A DNA stretch of 64,000 nucleotides from Candidatus Aegiribacteria sp. (GTDB taxonomy: Bacteria; Fermentibacterota; Fermentibacteria; Fermentibacterales; JCC-6). The notes beneath the pieces were generated by a model. That model was not told where the DNA came from. It ran no database searches and saw only the letters and a list, made by a program, of their open reading frames with translations. The position numbers and the translations under genes were made by a program. Of this stretch, positions 52,506 through 62,813 are shown piece by piece. How positions within the stretch are numbered: position 1 is the stretch's first letter; each line of letters opens with the position of its first letter. The stretch spans positions 393 through 64,392 of the forward strand of contig JAGLOY010000105.1 of assembly GCA_023138735.1 (NCBI GenBank). Direction: 5' to 3'.

Positions 52506-55468
52506 TGCACGGACTCCTCAAGCCTGATCCAGCCGATCCGAATATCAACAGGCTCCAGTGGTTCAACTGGTGGTCCGCTGCCTTGCATCCTGAGCCATAG
52601 CTCAGAGGCATCTTCAGTACCCCATTCAAGGTCACCTATATTTTTCAGATCTATCGGTCCAATCACGCCCCACTTATCCCACCCGTTGCCTACGTGATAG
52701 TCTGTCTCGCTCAGCAGATTCCTCCATGGTCCTTGCCAGACACCGTCTATTTTCCACCTGATGAACATGGCACAGGCTCCAATATTCGGCTGATTGGTGT
52801 TGTTTCCAACCATACCAAAGCTGAGCATGTGGTACTTGTCCGTATCTATGTAATCTGTGCGATCATTTGGTATGGCAAGGTTTATTTCACCTATGAACTC
52901 GTAGGTTATTGGATCATAGTTAATCAAACCCTCGAACATTCCGCTTACCGAATCAGTCCAACCTGTTGAAGTGTTCCAGTTCTCTGCAACTGCTTCAATA
53001 TCATCGGTGTTCCAGTCGTTGCTGCCGCCCTCGGTCATATCCCATGCATCATCCCTTACATGTGTTGCGTAATCACGGGGCTTCACCAGCACTGTCACCG
53101 TGGCAGTGTTGTCCAGAGGGTCTTCCCCCGAAATCGTAGCAGCAATTATCTCTATACTATGAGCGCCTATGTCACCTGAATCGGTATTCCATGTGATGAC
53201 TGCCGAAGTGCTGTCAGGCTCGTAGTCCCCGGATAGTCCTCCAAGGCTAATTACGTCAGATCCGATTATTACAGGATTAACTCCGGAACGATCGATGAAA
53301 GTAACCATCACATTACCGGTAGCCTCCGTACCCATATTGTAGAATGTAGCCCCCAGATTAAGGTTTGTACCTGCCTTGCAGTGAAGCTCTCTTCTTCTGC
53401 TGAAGAGTCCCTCTGAATAGCAGAAAACATCGGGAGAGGTAATCCTGAGATCAGCCTGGATAGCGGAAGTAAGATCAACGAACTCCAGCAGGCGGCTTTC
53501 TCCAGCTGCCAGAGTATCGTCGAAGAAATACCAGTCCCGGTATCCTTCCTCAATCGGAACAAGACAACGCCTGCTGTGATCAAGAGCGTCTTCGAAAAGA
53601 TATGGATTTCCGGGACTTCCAGGAAGTTGAGTACCCTGAATACTGATATCCACTGGAATTTCGTCGGTATTACCCATGTAATATTTTCCACAGAATCTAT
53701 TCATGTAGAATAAATATGCATGATCGTTACTTTCGTTGTAGAAAACCCTGATTCGGGGAGAAACGAAATCGTCCAGAAGACCCGAGTCAGGGACAGTGAT
53801 CTCCGCCACATCCCAGTAAGCGGTGCCATTCTCCTCCCACCACCAGAGATCGTACATCTCGGGTGCTATCCATGCTATCTGACCGAAAGTATTCCCGAGA
53901 CTGTTGAAGAGGTTGCCGTAGGCTCCGAAGAGCCATTCGAAGAATGCCTCATCCTCCTTAGGATCATCTCCCGGTACAATCGGAGGATCGCCAACCTCGT
54001 AAAGAGGATCGAAGCCATCGCTGAAGGGGGGAAGCTCACGCGGGTCAGCGTATTCGTACTTGTCCTCCCAGTCACCCGTATCAGGCCAACGCCCGGTATA
54101 CACCCAGTCCTCATAGGGGGCATCGAAAGGAATGTGATGCATGTCCAGCAGTGAGCTGGAAATAAAATTGTTATCGCCGTCCGGATTGCTCGGATCCTCG
54201 ATATAACTCGTCAGAGAATAGGGAAATATGGCTTTAGCCTGGTGGAGCAGCGCGAGGTTACAAAGCATCAGGAACTCCTGTGGAGCGGGAGTGCGATGGT
54301 TGTAGGAATTGTAATCAAGGTTGCCTGACTCATCCCGTACACGGGGGCCACCGGCGTCACCAAAGGTCTGGGGATAGAAGAAAACCGGAACATCGTACTC
54401 ACTTGCGGGAATCACCGTTGAATCGATGCCCTCCTCGAAGTGGTCTATAAGGAAGAGCCAGTCATCGTCGCACATGGTTGTCGTTGAAGCATGGATAATG
54501 TCAACATACCGAAATGGGTAGTAGTCGAAACAGATGAAACCAGGATAGTTAGGCAAAGGAAGAGGAATTTGACCATCTTCCGGCGGGCCCTGGTACATGG
54601 CCTCGCAGAACGCCCTGACCGAGATCGCCTGCCTGGCCATTGTACCGTAGTTACAGCCACCATAACCGGTGTATTCACCAGGAAGAATGGTGTGCAGGAG
54701 CGAGAAGTTGATGGTGGTGGGGATGGCGTTGGTGATGTTGGTTTCCGCCAGGTACTTCTGCCATGAGAAGATGCTGGCGGGTTCGACTTCCGAGAGAGCC
54801 GGAACAGCGGGATTCTGAGTGTTATCCCACTGCTGGGTATACATATTGGGAATCCAGTCATTCCATACCTCGTCGTCTAAAAACATGTGTTTCCGCTGCG
54901 TTGAGGGAACCTCATCGTAAACATCGTAGAACCAGAGAGCGGGGTAGTCAATAGTATAGTTAGAAAGCTCATCTATGACCGTGGTGGTTATTGAGTAATC
55001 CTCACCTTCGAGCATCTCCTGTGCGGTGGACGTGTTGTGGGGGTAGTACCATTCTGACTGGTCTTCGTTGCAGCTGGTCTGCCCGAAACAGCTGCCCGAG
55101 GTCAGGGAGAAGTCTGTCCACCTGAACCAGTACGAAGTCGGGGGATTCCATTTGATGAAGTACTGAGAAATCTCCCTCGGTGCCAGCACGAGAAGCATAC
55201 CGGCTTCGCCACAGAGACCCATGAAGGTCTGGTTTACCGGTTCCGCCGCAGGACCTTCCACCTCCACACCGTCGAAATGGAGCCAGGAGAGTTCACACAG
55301 GAAAGGAAGCTTGAGGCCTGAAAAAATACCGTAGATACCGCTTGCACGCATTCCGATTATTGGAATGGAGTTAGCGGAAGGCGTTTCCGCCAGAAGAGAT
55401 GCGGAAAACGCAAGGAGTATGATAGTTACAATTATTATTCGGGGGGGGGGGTATTTTGACATCATCAT
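52502..55468 (-). CDS. Large secreted protein of unknown function (988 aa)
   Basis: Signal peptide. Long uninterrupted ORF. Stop overlaps the downstream start (ATGA). Confidence 0.7.
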   Translation of the reverse strand: MMMSKYPPPRIIIVTIILLAFSASLLAETPSANSIPIIGMRASGIYGIFSGLKLPFLCELSWLHFDGVEVEGPAAEPVNQTFMGLCGEAGMLLVLAPREISQYFIKWNPPTSYWFRWTDFSLTSGSCFGQTSCNEDQSEWYYPHNTSTAQEMLEGEDYSITTTVIDELSNYTIDYPALWFYDVYDEVPSTQRKHMFLDDEVWNDWIPNMYTQQWDNTQNPAVPALSEVEPASIFSWQKYLAETNITNAIPTTINFSLLHTILPGEYTGYGGCNYGTMARQAISVRAFCEAMYQGPPEDGQIPLPLPNYPGFICFDYYPFRYVDIIHASTTTMCDDDWLFLIDHFEEGIDSTVIPASEYDVPVFFYPQTFGDAGGPRVRDESGNLDYNSYNHRTPAPQEFLMLCNLALLHQAKAIFPYSLTSYIEDPSNPDGDNNFISSSLLDMHHIPFDAPYEDWVYTGRWPDTGDWEDKYEYADPRELPPFSDGFDPLYEVGDPPIVPGDDPKEDEAFFEWLFGAYGNLFNSLGNTFGQIAWIAPEMYDLWWWEENGTAYWDVAEITVPDSGLLDDFVSPRIRVFYNESNDHAYLFYMNRFCGKYYMGNTDEIPVDISIQGTQLPGSPGNPYLFEDALDHSRRCLVPIEEGYRDWYFFDDTLAAGESRLLEFVDLTSAIQADLRITSPDVFCYSEGLFSRRRELHCKAGTNLNLGATFYNMGTEATGNVMVTFIDRSGVNPVIIGSDVISLGGLSGDYEPDSTSAVITWNTDSGDIGAHSIEIIAATISGEDPLDNTATVTVLVKPRDYATHVRDDAWDMTEGGSNDWNTDDIEAVAENWNTSTGWTDSVSGMFEGLINYDPITYEFIGEINLAIPNDRTDYIDTDKYHMLSFGMVGNNTNQPNIGACAMFIRWKIDGVWQGPWRNLLSETDYHVGNGWDKWGVIGPIDLKNIGDLEWGTEDASELWLRMQGSGPPVEPLEPVDIRIGWIRLEESVQ
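55441..55451 (-). repeat. Homopolymeric C11 tract (G11 on the + strand) in codons 6-10 of the 988-aa gene
   Basis: Read directly: ATGATGATGTCAAAATA-C11-GA encodes MMMSKYPPPR. Confidence 0.9.
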
Positions 55469-55769
55469 GGGTCCTCTCTATTTCGTGGTGCGTAACTGAG
55501 TTCCGCACAAGTTTTCATTTGCTCTTCAAAGAAATCCAATAAATCTCACTCAGTCGTAATACACTGTCTTCTATGATGATAACAAGAACATTAGTGTACC
55601 GTCAATATCAATTTTCGATAGGAATATCGATACCGGATACACCCTCACATAGTTTCGGACGTGCGATTTTCTACAGCGTATAAACCTGATACCTCCAAAG
55701 AGAGGATCAGTCGTAGTGGCTGGGTTTCAATGGACTAGATACTACAGATTTAAACTCCTGTAAAGCCCG

Positions 55770-58700
55770 TTACAGCGGACGGGCGAGAATCACTACATCG
55801 CAGGTTTCGCGGTACTCACCCGTATCTTCAGCTCTGGAGTTCAGGTATATGATGTACCTTCCAACAGGAAGCCTTCCTCCGTTCTCTCCGGTTCCGTTCC
55901 AGGTGACGATTTTCGATAAACCGCACATCTCCCCGCGGAGCAGCTGCAGAAGAAGCCTGCCCTGAACGTTGTAAATCTCCAGGGTAACTTCATTCTCCGG
56001 ATACTGGAAATTCATCTCTATTGTAAGAATATCGTCTCTGCCGTCTCCGTCCGGGGAGAAGGGGTCGGGGTAGTAATCCAGGAATTTTCCGGAGCCGCCA
56101 CCTTCACTGACCGAGCAGCTGTTTTCTGTGCCGGGTGTACCTCCGGTCGAGCAGCTGGTCCAGCTTGAGGATTCGTACCCGTTGAAATCCGGGTTCATTT
56201 TTTCAAGGCTTTCACCGGAGGAACCTCCCCAGGCGTCATCGTATGGAACGTAATCCATTACGCACAGGACTGAATCCCGTAACATGAGAATATCCGCCCA
56301 TTGCTTGCCCTGTTGAGTATTGTTGTTCAATACAGGCCAGCCCCCCGGCTGCAATATGGGGCATCGAACATCAGGCCAGATCGCCCGGAAAGCGGAAGAA
56401 TCGGAAACAAGAACTGCGAAGCTGTCTGGCTGTATTGTTATGCTATCGCTACAGAAGACGTAACGATCCTTTGAATCTTCGAAAGTCCAGCCGATGAGCT
56501 GAACAGGGCTTGATGATCTGTTCAGGATTTCCACCCATTCAGGATTGCCGGGGGAGGGGCTGTACATGATCTCATTGATAATAACCGGTCCCGGCTCGTT
56601 CCAATAGCAGGATGTGGAATCGTCGAGTGGGAAGGAATCATTCTGGCAGACAGCCAGTGCGATAAGAAGCATATCGCCGCTACAGGAATTCCACTCGCAA
56701 TCAGCCAGAACCGTATCTCCAGGAGCTACCTGACCGCAAACGTAACTTTGTATCAGTTCCCCGCTTGCCGGTGTACTGCTTTCATCGATATCCTCGTAGA
56801 AATAAACAGTCATAGCGTTTGCGGGTATAGTATCCGTTCCAGAATTGGTGAATGCCGCAAGAATATCAATGATCTCACCTCCGGGACCCATAGGCGGCGT
56901 GCATTCCATTCCTGCGGCAGAGGCGTTCACTCCTTCAATGATAAAAGGAGGGGGACTGCCTGGCGACGGACCTTCGGGTGAAGCGAACCAGTTATCCTCG
57001 TGATCCGGTTCTTCCGCCTGCTTCCTCTGAACGCTGTTGTCTTCCCCCGGATCAAATGGAATTCCATCAAGCCCGTCATCATCACGGTTAAGCGGATCAT
57101 CGTGATCCAGAGGTGTTCCATATGTGGACATTACATCGGCTGATGCTGTACCAGATGACGAGTAGAGTGTAATAGGATCATTCTGCGTGAGCCCGTCTCC
57201 CAGAGTGGTGTTTCCGGTAGTGAGAATCACAGTTCCAGAGGGAAAATCGTAGGGCTGACTACAATCTGTATATTCCCGGTCAAGGATTAAGGCGTAGCAG
57301 TCCTGCAGAATATAGGGTGATTTCAGTGCATCGGGATCCTGGAGAATCCCGATCTCATCGTTCCATGATACTATCTCATCAAGAGCGTCTCCGTCAGTGA
57401 AAGTGCACCCTGCGATGTCAAAGACACCTGGTCCCGGGTAGTATATTTCGATGTACTCGTTATGATCCTCCGAGGAGGGATTACAGAGAACTTCTGTCAC
57501 CACAAGTGGAATTCCTTCTCCCGATCGGAAGTTTACAAGAAGGACATCGTTCTCCGGTACAATATCTCCTGGAAGATAAACCCCTGCAGCTGCAAGGTAG
57601 TACCCTGCGCAAGGGGCACTTACCGTTACAGTAATGGTATCGGTGCAGCCGGGGTAGAGGGAGTCGGTTGATACAATGCAGCATATTTCATCGGGTTGAG
57701 CAAGTGAATCTGCGTTGGAATCAATGAAGATGGTCACGCAAAGCCCGCATGCTGCGGATGTACCGCGGTTCGACACTACCGATGCTATCTGCAGGGGCTG
57801 CCCGGGAATGGGCTGGGCAGGTGTTAGAATGAGAGAATCGACTGCTGCGTCTGTCGTATCGGTGAATACTGCCGGGCACCCCGGTGTTCCCCCCTCGGGT
57901 GAAACAGCCCAGCAGTATTCCTCATCCGGAAGGTCTGATGATTTTCTTTCTACACTGCGATACTCCCCCGGATCGAAGGGTATGCCGTCAAGTCCGTCAT
58001 CATCGCATAGAAGAGGATCATCGTATTGCAGTGGAGTGCCGTAGGTTGAAAGAACATTGATCTGAGCGGTTCCGAGCATGCTGTACAGAGTTACGGGGTC
58101 GTTGTCCGTGAGGCCGTTGCCAATGGTTGTGTTCTCAACGGTAAATACGAACGTTGATTCGGCAAGGTCGTACTCCTGCACACCTGAGGTGTACTCCGGA
58201 TCCATGACAAGCCCGTAGTGTCCCGCTGGTATGCAGCTGCCGTACATAGCATCCGGGTCGATGAGAAGTGCCTCGGACCATTCGGTGATGCAGTCAAGGG
58301 CATCACCGTCTGTGAAGAAGCACCCGCAGACAGGGAAGATTCCGGGACCGGGGTAGTAGATCTCTATGAATTCACCCTTGTCCTCATCAAGAGGATTGCA
58401 CAGAACCTCCGTAATCACCGGATTGATTCCGCCGCCAACTGCAAGAACAGATGATGCAAAATCGTCTTCAGGGTATTCATCTTCCTGTACATCTGAGAGA
58501 GCGGAGGGAATGAACCAGCCCTGCTCAAGCGATAGATAAGTGCTTAGAGTTTCGGTATATCCGGGTTGAAGGACGGTTGCTGAGAACTCCGCGAGGATTT
58601 CATCCGGGGATGCAATTGAGTCGCCCTGGCTGTCAAGGAATAGAATAAGTGCACCTGATGATGGAGCGGTGTTTCCGGTGCATGTGAAAGAAGCGTTGAA

Positions 58701-59393
58701 CTGGAACAGTTCGCCCGGTGATGGCTCTGAAGGAACCGTCCATACACTGTCGCAGGAGATGTTCAGGGTATCGGGAGGCGCCTGGGCCTGGGAGCCCGGG
58801 GTTCCGCCTTCAGGACCCGCCAACCAGTTGCCTTCCTGGTCAGGCGAAGCCCAGGGGAAACGTTCTACAGTTCTGCCCTCTCCGGGATCGAAGGGTATGC
58901 CGTCAAGACCGTCATCGTCCCTGTTCTGCCAGATATCAGAAGGTTCAGGTGTTCCGTAGGTGCTTACTGCATTGCTGTCCGCGGTTCCAGCCGGACTGAA
59001 TAGAGTGAGAGGGTCCGATTGCGCTGCAAGACCGTTACATATGGAATGGTCTGCGGTTGTCAGTATTAATGTTCCGGCGGGTATCTCATACACCGGAGCA
59101 TCCGGATAATCCAGTTCAAACACCAGAGCGAAACCAAAAGGAGGGATAGTATCCGTTCCAAGGATCATACCGGTATGGGGGAAAGGCCCGTGAATCCCTT
59201 CATCCCAGGGAAGAAGTTCATCAAGAGCATCGCCGTCTGTGATTGAAAATCCTGCGAGACAGAGGGGGTCTGACGAGGGATTGAATATCTCAACGAATTC
59301 TCCGGAAATCTCAAAGAGCGGGTTAGGTGCGATTTCAGTTATTACGGGATACTGTGCCATCATTGCGATCTGAAGGATTGCGTAAAATACCAT
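55770..59393 (-). CDS. Giant secreted protein with four lamin-tail-domain (LTD)-like modules and a FlgD-Ig/T9SS-like C-terminus
   Basis: VITE(V/I)..NP...EF(I/V)EI...TDGDALD occurs three times. One canonical VIINEIMYSPSPGNPEWVEILN. DDDGLDGIPFDPGE occurs three times. Confidence 0.8.
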   Translation of the reverse strand: MVFYAILQIAMMAQYPVITEIAPNPLFEISGEFVEIFNPSSDPLCLAGFSITDGDALDELLPWDEGIHGPFPHTGMILGTDTIPPFGFALVFELDYPDAPVYEIPAGTLILTTADHSICNGLAAQSDPLTLFSPAGTADSNAVSTYGTPEPSDIWQNRDDDGLDGIPFDPGEGRTVERFPWASPDQEGNWLAGPEGGTPGSQAQAPPDTLNISCDSVWTVPSEPSPGELFQFNASFTCTGNTAPSSGALILFLDSQGDSIASPDEILAEFSATVLQPGYTETLSTYLSLEQGWFIPSALSDVQEDEYPEDDFASSVLAVGGGINPVITEVLCNPLDEDKGEFIEIYYPGPGIFPVCGCFFTDGDALDCITEWSEALLIDPDAMYGSCIPAGHYGLVMDPEYTSGVQEYDLAESTFVFTVENTTIGNGLTDNDPVTLYSMLGTAQINVLSTYGTPLQYDDPLLCDDDGLDGIPFDPGEYRSVERKSSDLPDEEYCWAVSPEGGTPGCPAVFTDTTDAAVDSLILTPAQPIPGQPLQIASVVSNRGTSAACGLCVTIFIDSNADSLAQPDEICCIVSTDSLYPGCTDTITVTVSAPCAGYYLAAAGVYLPGDIVPENDVLLVNFRSGEGIPLVVTEVLCNPSSEDHNEYIEIYYPGPGVFDIAGCTFTDGDALDEIVSWNDEIGILQDPDALKSPYILQDCYALILDREYTDCSQPYDFPSGTVILTTGNTTLGDGLTQNDPITLYSSSGTASADVMSTYGTPLDHDDPLNRDDDGLDGIPFDPGEDNSVQRKQAEEPDHEDNWFASPEGPSPGSPPPFIIEGVNASAAGMECTPPMGPGGEIIDILAAFTNSGTDTIPANAMTVYFYEDIDESSTPASGELIQSYVCGQVAPGDTVLADCEWNSCSGDMLLIALAVCQNDSFPLDDSTSCYWNEPGPVIINEIMYSPSPGNPEWVEILNRSSSPVQLIGWTFEDSKDRYVFCSDSITIQPDSFAVLVSDSSAFRAIWPDVRCPILQPGGWPVLNNNTQQGKQWADILMLRDSVLCVMDYVPYDDAWGGSSGESLEKMNPDFNGYESSSWTSCSTGGTPGTENSCSVSEGGGSGKFLDYYPDPFSPDGDGRDDILTIEMNFQYPENEVTLEIYNVQGRLLLQLLRGEMCGLSKIVTWNGTGENGGRLPVGRYIIYLNSRAEDTGEYRETCDVVILARPL
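56586..59348 (-). repeat. Three tandem modules of about 305 codons inside the LTD protein gene
   Basis: Module starts at about 59348, 58418 and 57503 on the minus strand. Recurrent nucleotide blocks encode GLDGIPFDPGE near 58880-58925, 57965-58010 and 57045-57090. Confidence 0.7.
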
Positions 59394-59675
59394 ATCCCCT
59401 TGAGTTTATGCGAAAAAACAGTGATCTGTCAAGCTCAAATCGGATTCCGAAACTTATATTCAGACGGGAATCGATGGAATTGTCCTCTGAAGTACGATGG
59501 CATGGGGTTCCAGGAGTAACTTGGGGTTCATGGGTTACTGAAATATGGAGAGATAGCAGGGTCAGCAAGTGTCATGCAGAGGAATATGCTGCTACGATGG
59601 CGGTCTATTAGCGGTATGCTGCTTTAAAGGTTAGAGTGTTTTACCCCTCGAGAAGATCGCATGCAAGGGTAACCC

Positions 59676-60578
59676 TCATACAAGCTCCATATATCGATCA
59701 AAGAAAGCATCTGGTCCATCTTCAACTGTGGCAATCAGTAATCTCCGTCCCAGTGCTTTATCGATCCGGTCGGCCATTGAAGCTCCTACTCGGTACCAGA
59801 GCCGGTCTCCTGTAGACATCCTTCCAAGGATTTCCCAATCCTCATTCTCGATTGGACGTTCCCCTTCATCCAAAAGACTTCTGTAAATACTGAAGAACTC
59901 CTTTTCGTAAAAATACATTCGCTCGGAGTTCAGCAGGGCTTCGTAATCGGAGTCCCATTCCAATGCCCCCGTTTCGGTACGCCATCTCCTGGCAGCATGG
60001 ACAGCAAGCCCTTCCAAATGTGTCAAATACTGTACAAGATATGCAAGATCGCTGATTGCCCTTGTATCTGCAAGCGCCGGAAGAGGATAGTACTTCTGAA
60101 AACCCGCATGGTGAATCTCATGAACGATGTAGAACCACAGCTCTTCTGGAGAGTTCTCCTGAAAATGCGGATGAGCAAGGTTGATACTTGCCTGACCTGC
60201 GATGGCAACTCCGATGTCATATCCTACAGTCAGATAGAGGACCGTCCCGGACAGAGCTCCAACTGGCAGTAAAGCTGCCGCCTCATTCCAGCAGCGGTGT
60301 TGAGAAGTGTGATCGAATTCTATCGATGACAGCCTGGTCCTTACCTCCTCAAGGTTGATATCCGATATGGAGGGGGAGGTAAGAAGCCGTTCCACCAGTT
60401 CAAAAGGATCGACCAGGTCACCGGAAAGGGATACTCTCCGGGAATGAGCTGCAAGATGCCGTGCCGCGTCCGTCTCCGCAATGTCATTAAGTAATTCCCT
60501 GTCTTCCGTTTCCAGAAAATCAAGCGCAAGATATGCAAACGTCGAATCTACCATGAGAGGAGTCATCGGGTTTTCCAA
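59676..60578 (-). CDS. Putative zinc metallopeptidase-like protein (HExxH)
   Basis: Contains an IVHEIHHAGF motif. Otherwise unrecognised. Confidence 0.5.
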   Translation of the reverse strand: MENPMTPLMVDSTFAYLALDFLETEDRELLNDIAETDAARHLAAHSRRVSLSGDLVDPFELVERLLTSPSISDINLEEVRTRLSSIEFDHTSQHRCWNEAAALLPVGALSGTVLYLTVGYDIGVAIAGQASINLAHPHFQENSPEELWFYIVHEIHHAGFQKYYPLPALADTRAISDLAYLVQYLTHLEGLAVHAARRWRTETGALEWDSDYEALLNSERMYFYEKEFFSIYRSLLDEGERPIENEDWEILGRMSTGDRLWYRVGASMADRIDKALGRRLLIATVEDGPDAFFDRYMELV

Positions 60579-60582
60579 AAGT

Positions 60583-61488
60583 TCAGCCTGATGTCAGACA
60601 ATTTCTTCCCGATGCTTTGCTTTTATACATAAGAGCGTCTGCTCTTTTTATAAGGCTTTCAATATTGTCATTATCCTTGATGAGTGTGGCTCCTATAGAA
60701 ATTGTGACAAACAGTTTTTCATCTTCATGAATAATGTAGGAGGATTCTATAAGTGATCGAAGTCTGTTTCCGATCAGTTCCAGGTCTTCAATGTTTACAT
60801 TATGAATAATCGCAATGAACTCCTCGCCTCCCCATCGTCCGTAAAGGTCAAATGGCCTGGCATTGGCAACGAATGTGTTCGCGACAAATTTTAGAGTATC
60901 ATCGCCTGTAATATGGCCGTAGAAGTCATTGATATTTTTGAAATTGTCGATATCTATGAATAGGATACCAAATGCTGAATTGTAACGTTTATGCTGTTCC
61001 AGTCTGCTCCCGATTTCTCTTTTGATATAATTTCTGTTTGGCAGCTGAGTGAGGTTATCAAGAAGAGCGAGTTTTTCGAGTTCTTTGACCCTCAGCTCAT
61101 TGGCTGTCTGATCATTGATCTTTGAAAACAATTCTATCCCGCCGATGATACTGCCATCTTTATCGGTTAATGTAGTAACACGGATTGATACAGGTATTCT
61201 GTGGCCGTCCTTGTGGTGAATGTAGAGTTCAATTTCGCGAGGTTTTCCATCAAGAATGGTTGCTTCGAGAGGGCAGCAGGATCCGGTACAAATATTATCC
61301 CCATCAATATCGACATGGGTCAGTATATGATCGGAACAGGATTTGCCAACAACATCCTCGGCAGTGAATCCGGAGATCCGTTCAGCAGCTTTGTTCCAGT
61401 ATGTTATGACCCTGTCACAATTTACAAAATATAAACCATCGTACAGATTATCAATGATACTTTCAAAAGAACCTATTTTCAAATCCAT
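60583..61488 (-). CDS. PAS-domain diguanylate cyclase (GGDEF)
   Basis: PAS-like N-terminus (VITYWNKAAERISGF). RWGGEEFIAI active site. Confidence 0.9.
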   Translation of the reverse strand: MDLKIGSFESIIDNLYDGLYFVNCDRVITYWNKAAERISGFTAEDVVGKSCSDHILTHVDIDGDNICTGSCCPLEATILDGKPREIELYIHHKDGHRIPVSIRVTTLTDKDGSIIGGIELFSKINDQTANELRVKELEKLALLDNLTQLPNRNYIKREIGSRLEQHKRYNSAFGILFIDIDNFKNINDFYGHITGDDTLKFVANTFVANARPFDLYGRWGGEEFIAIIHNVNIEDLELIGNRLRSLIESSYIIHEDEKLFVTISIGATLIKDNDNIESLIKRADALMYKSKASGRNCLTSG

Positions 61489-61530
61489 GCAGCCTTCCTT
61501 ACAACCTGATTGAATCTTGAAATATTAATG

Positions 61531-62025
61531 TCAGATGTCCAGGATAGTCTCCGCAATCGATTCCAGACCCCCAGTTTGCCAGCCCAGGGGGGAGGATGAA
61601 AGCGGTAATTCGAATGTGGTTGGCTGATCGGACGGCATATTGATTGTTACGAAGGCTATGGCTTTGTTCTGGATAATCTGGATGCTGTCTATTGTCATTG
61701 TGCTTCCGTTGATAGTCTGATGGTGTCCGGGTGATGATATGAGCATTTCAAGTACAGCGGTGCTGTTCCAGAATTCGATTTCATTCGGAGCAGCTTCAAG
61801 ACGGAAGGATGCGAAGAGTTCTCCAAGTTCTAACGGGGTCAGCGTTTTCATGGTGTCAAGGTACTCACTGCAGATCCGAAGTATACTTTCAGAGCAGGAC
61901 GGAGTGAGAGTGCTCAGAAGAGTGTGAGGGGAACCATCCTGAATTGCGCTCCAGGTGTCCAGTATTGCCTCTTCAGGTGTGTTTGCGCTGAGAAGCGTCA
62001 ATGTCAGAATGATCCCCTGCAGCAT
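61531..62025 (-). CDS. Hypothetical secreted protein
   Basis: Signal-peptide-like N-terminus. Co-directional and tightly spaced with its neighbours. Confidence 0.45.
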   Translation of the reverse strand: MLQGIILTLTLLSANTPEEAILDTWSAIQDGSPHTLLSTLTPSCSESILRICSEYLDTMKTLTPLELGELFASFRLEAAPNEIEFWNSTAVLEMLISSPGHHQTINGSTMTIDSIQIIQNKAIAFVTINMPSDQPTTFELPLSSSPLGWQTGGLESIAETILDI

Positions 62026-62028
62026 GAT

Positions 62029-62748
62029 CTACTGTATTATCTCGTAAGTGACAGATACTTCTACAGTAATCGAATAGGCTCCCGGTGTAACCGGTGGTGA
62101 TTCCGCGTAGTATCCAAGACCGCCGCCGTAATTATCGTAGGCCATTCCGGATGCCGGGTAATAGTTAGTCCATTCACTGATGCTGGTAATTTCGCCAAGT
62201 GTTACTCCGAAATTATCCGCCAGCTGCTCGGCTTTTTCCCTTGCATGTTCAGATGCCCTGCTTCTTGCTTCTTGGAAGAGGGAAGCTGTGTCTTCAACGT
62301 AAAAGGATATGCCGTTAATGGAGTTGGCCCCTGCATACACCACAGCTGCGAGTACATCACCCACGGAGCTGATATCCCGGATATCCGCTTTTACGTAATG
62401 GTTCACTACATATTCCATTTCACCGGTGTACTCGTAATCGTAATCGTCCCAGACCTCCTGAACCCAGAGGCTGTAGCTGGTGGTCTGCATGTCTGCACCC
62501 GCTACACCTTCGGCACGAGCAGCTGCCATTGCAGCTTCGACCATCTGTGCAGCGTCGTTTACTGCTTCACCAGGGTCTGACCGTGTAATATTTACACCGA
62601 ATACTACAGATGCTACATCAGGTTCTGCACCCGCGGTACCTGATCCTGAAGAACTTATCGTAGCAGGATATTCCCAGTACTCCTGTCCAATTGCCATGCC
62701 GGTCATCGCAAGGACGACCAGAAGCAGAATAATCCCGGTTCTTTTCAT
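62029..62748 (-). CDS. SIMPL/DUF541-family periplasmic protein
   Basis: Signal peptide. ISSSGSGTAGAEPDVASVVFGV start and ITVEVSVTYEI end are typical of SIMPL. Confidence 0.7.
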   Translation of the reverse strand: MKRTGIILLLVVLAMTGMAIGQEYWEYPATISSSGSGTAGAEPDVASVVFGVNITRSDPGEAVNDAAQMVEAAMAAARAEGVAGADMQTTSYSLWVQEVWDDYDYEYTGEMEYVVNHYVKADIRDISSVGDVLAAVVYAGANSINGISFYVEDTASLFQEARSRASEHAREKAEQLADNFGVTLGEITSISEWTNYYPASGMAYDNYGGGLGYYAESPPVTPGAYSITVEVSVTYEIIQ

Positions 62749-62813
62749 GTCTCATTCCCTTCATTTCATGCTGTACACTTGTTCGTGCTTCTAATACAAT
62801 TAATGCGGTGAAG

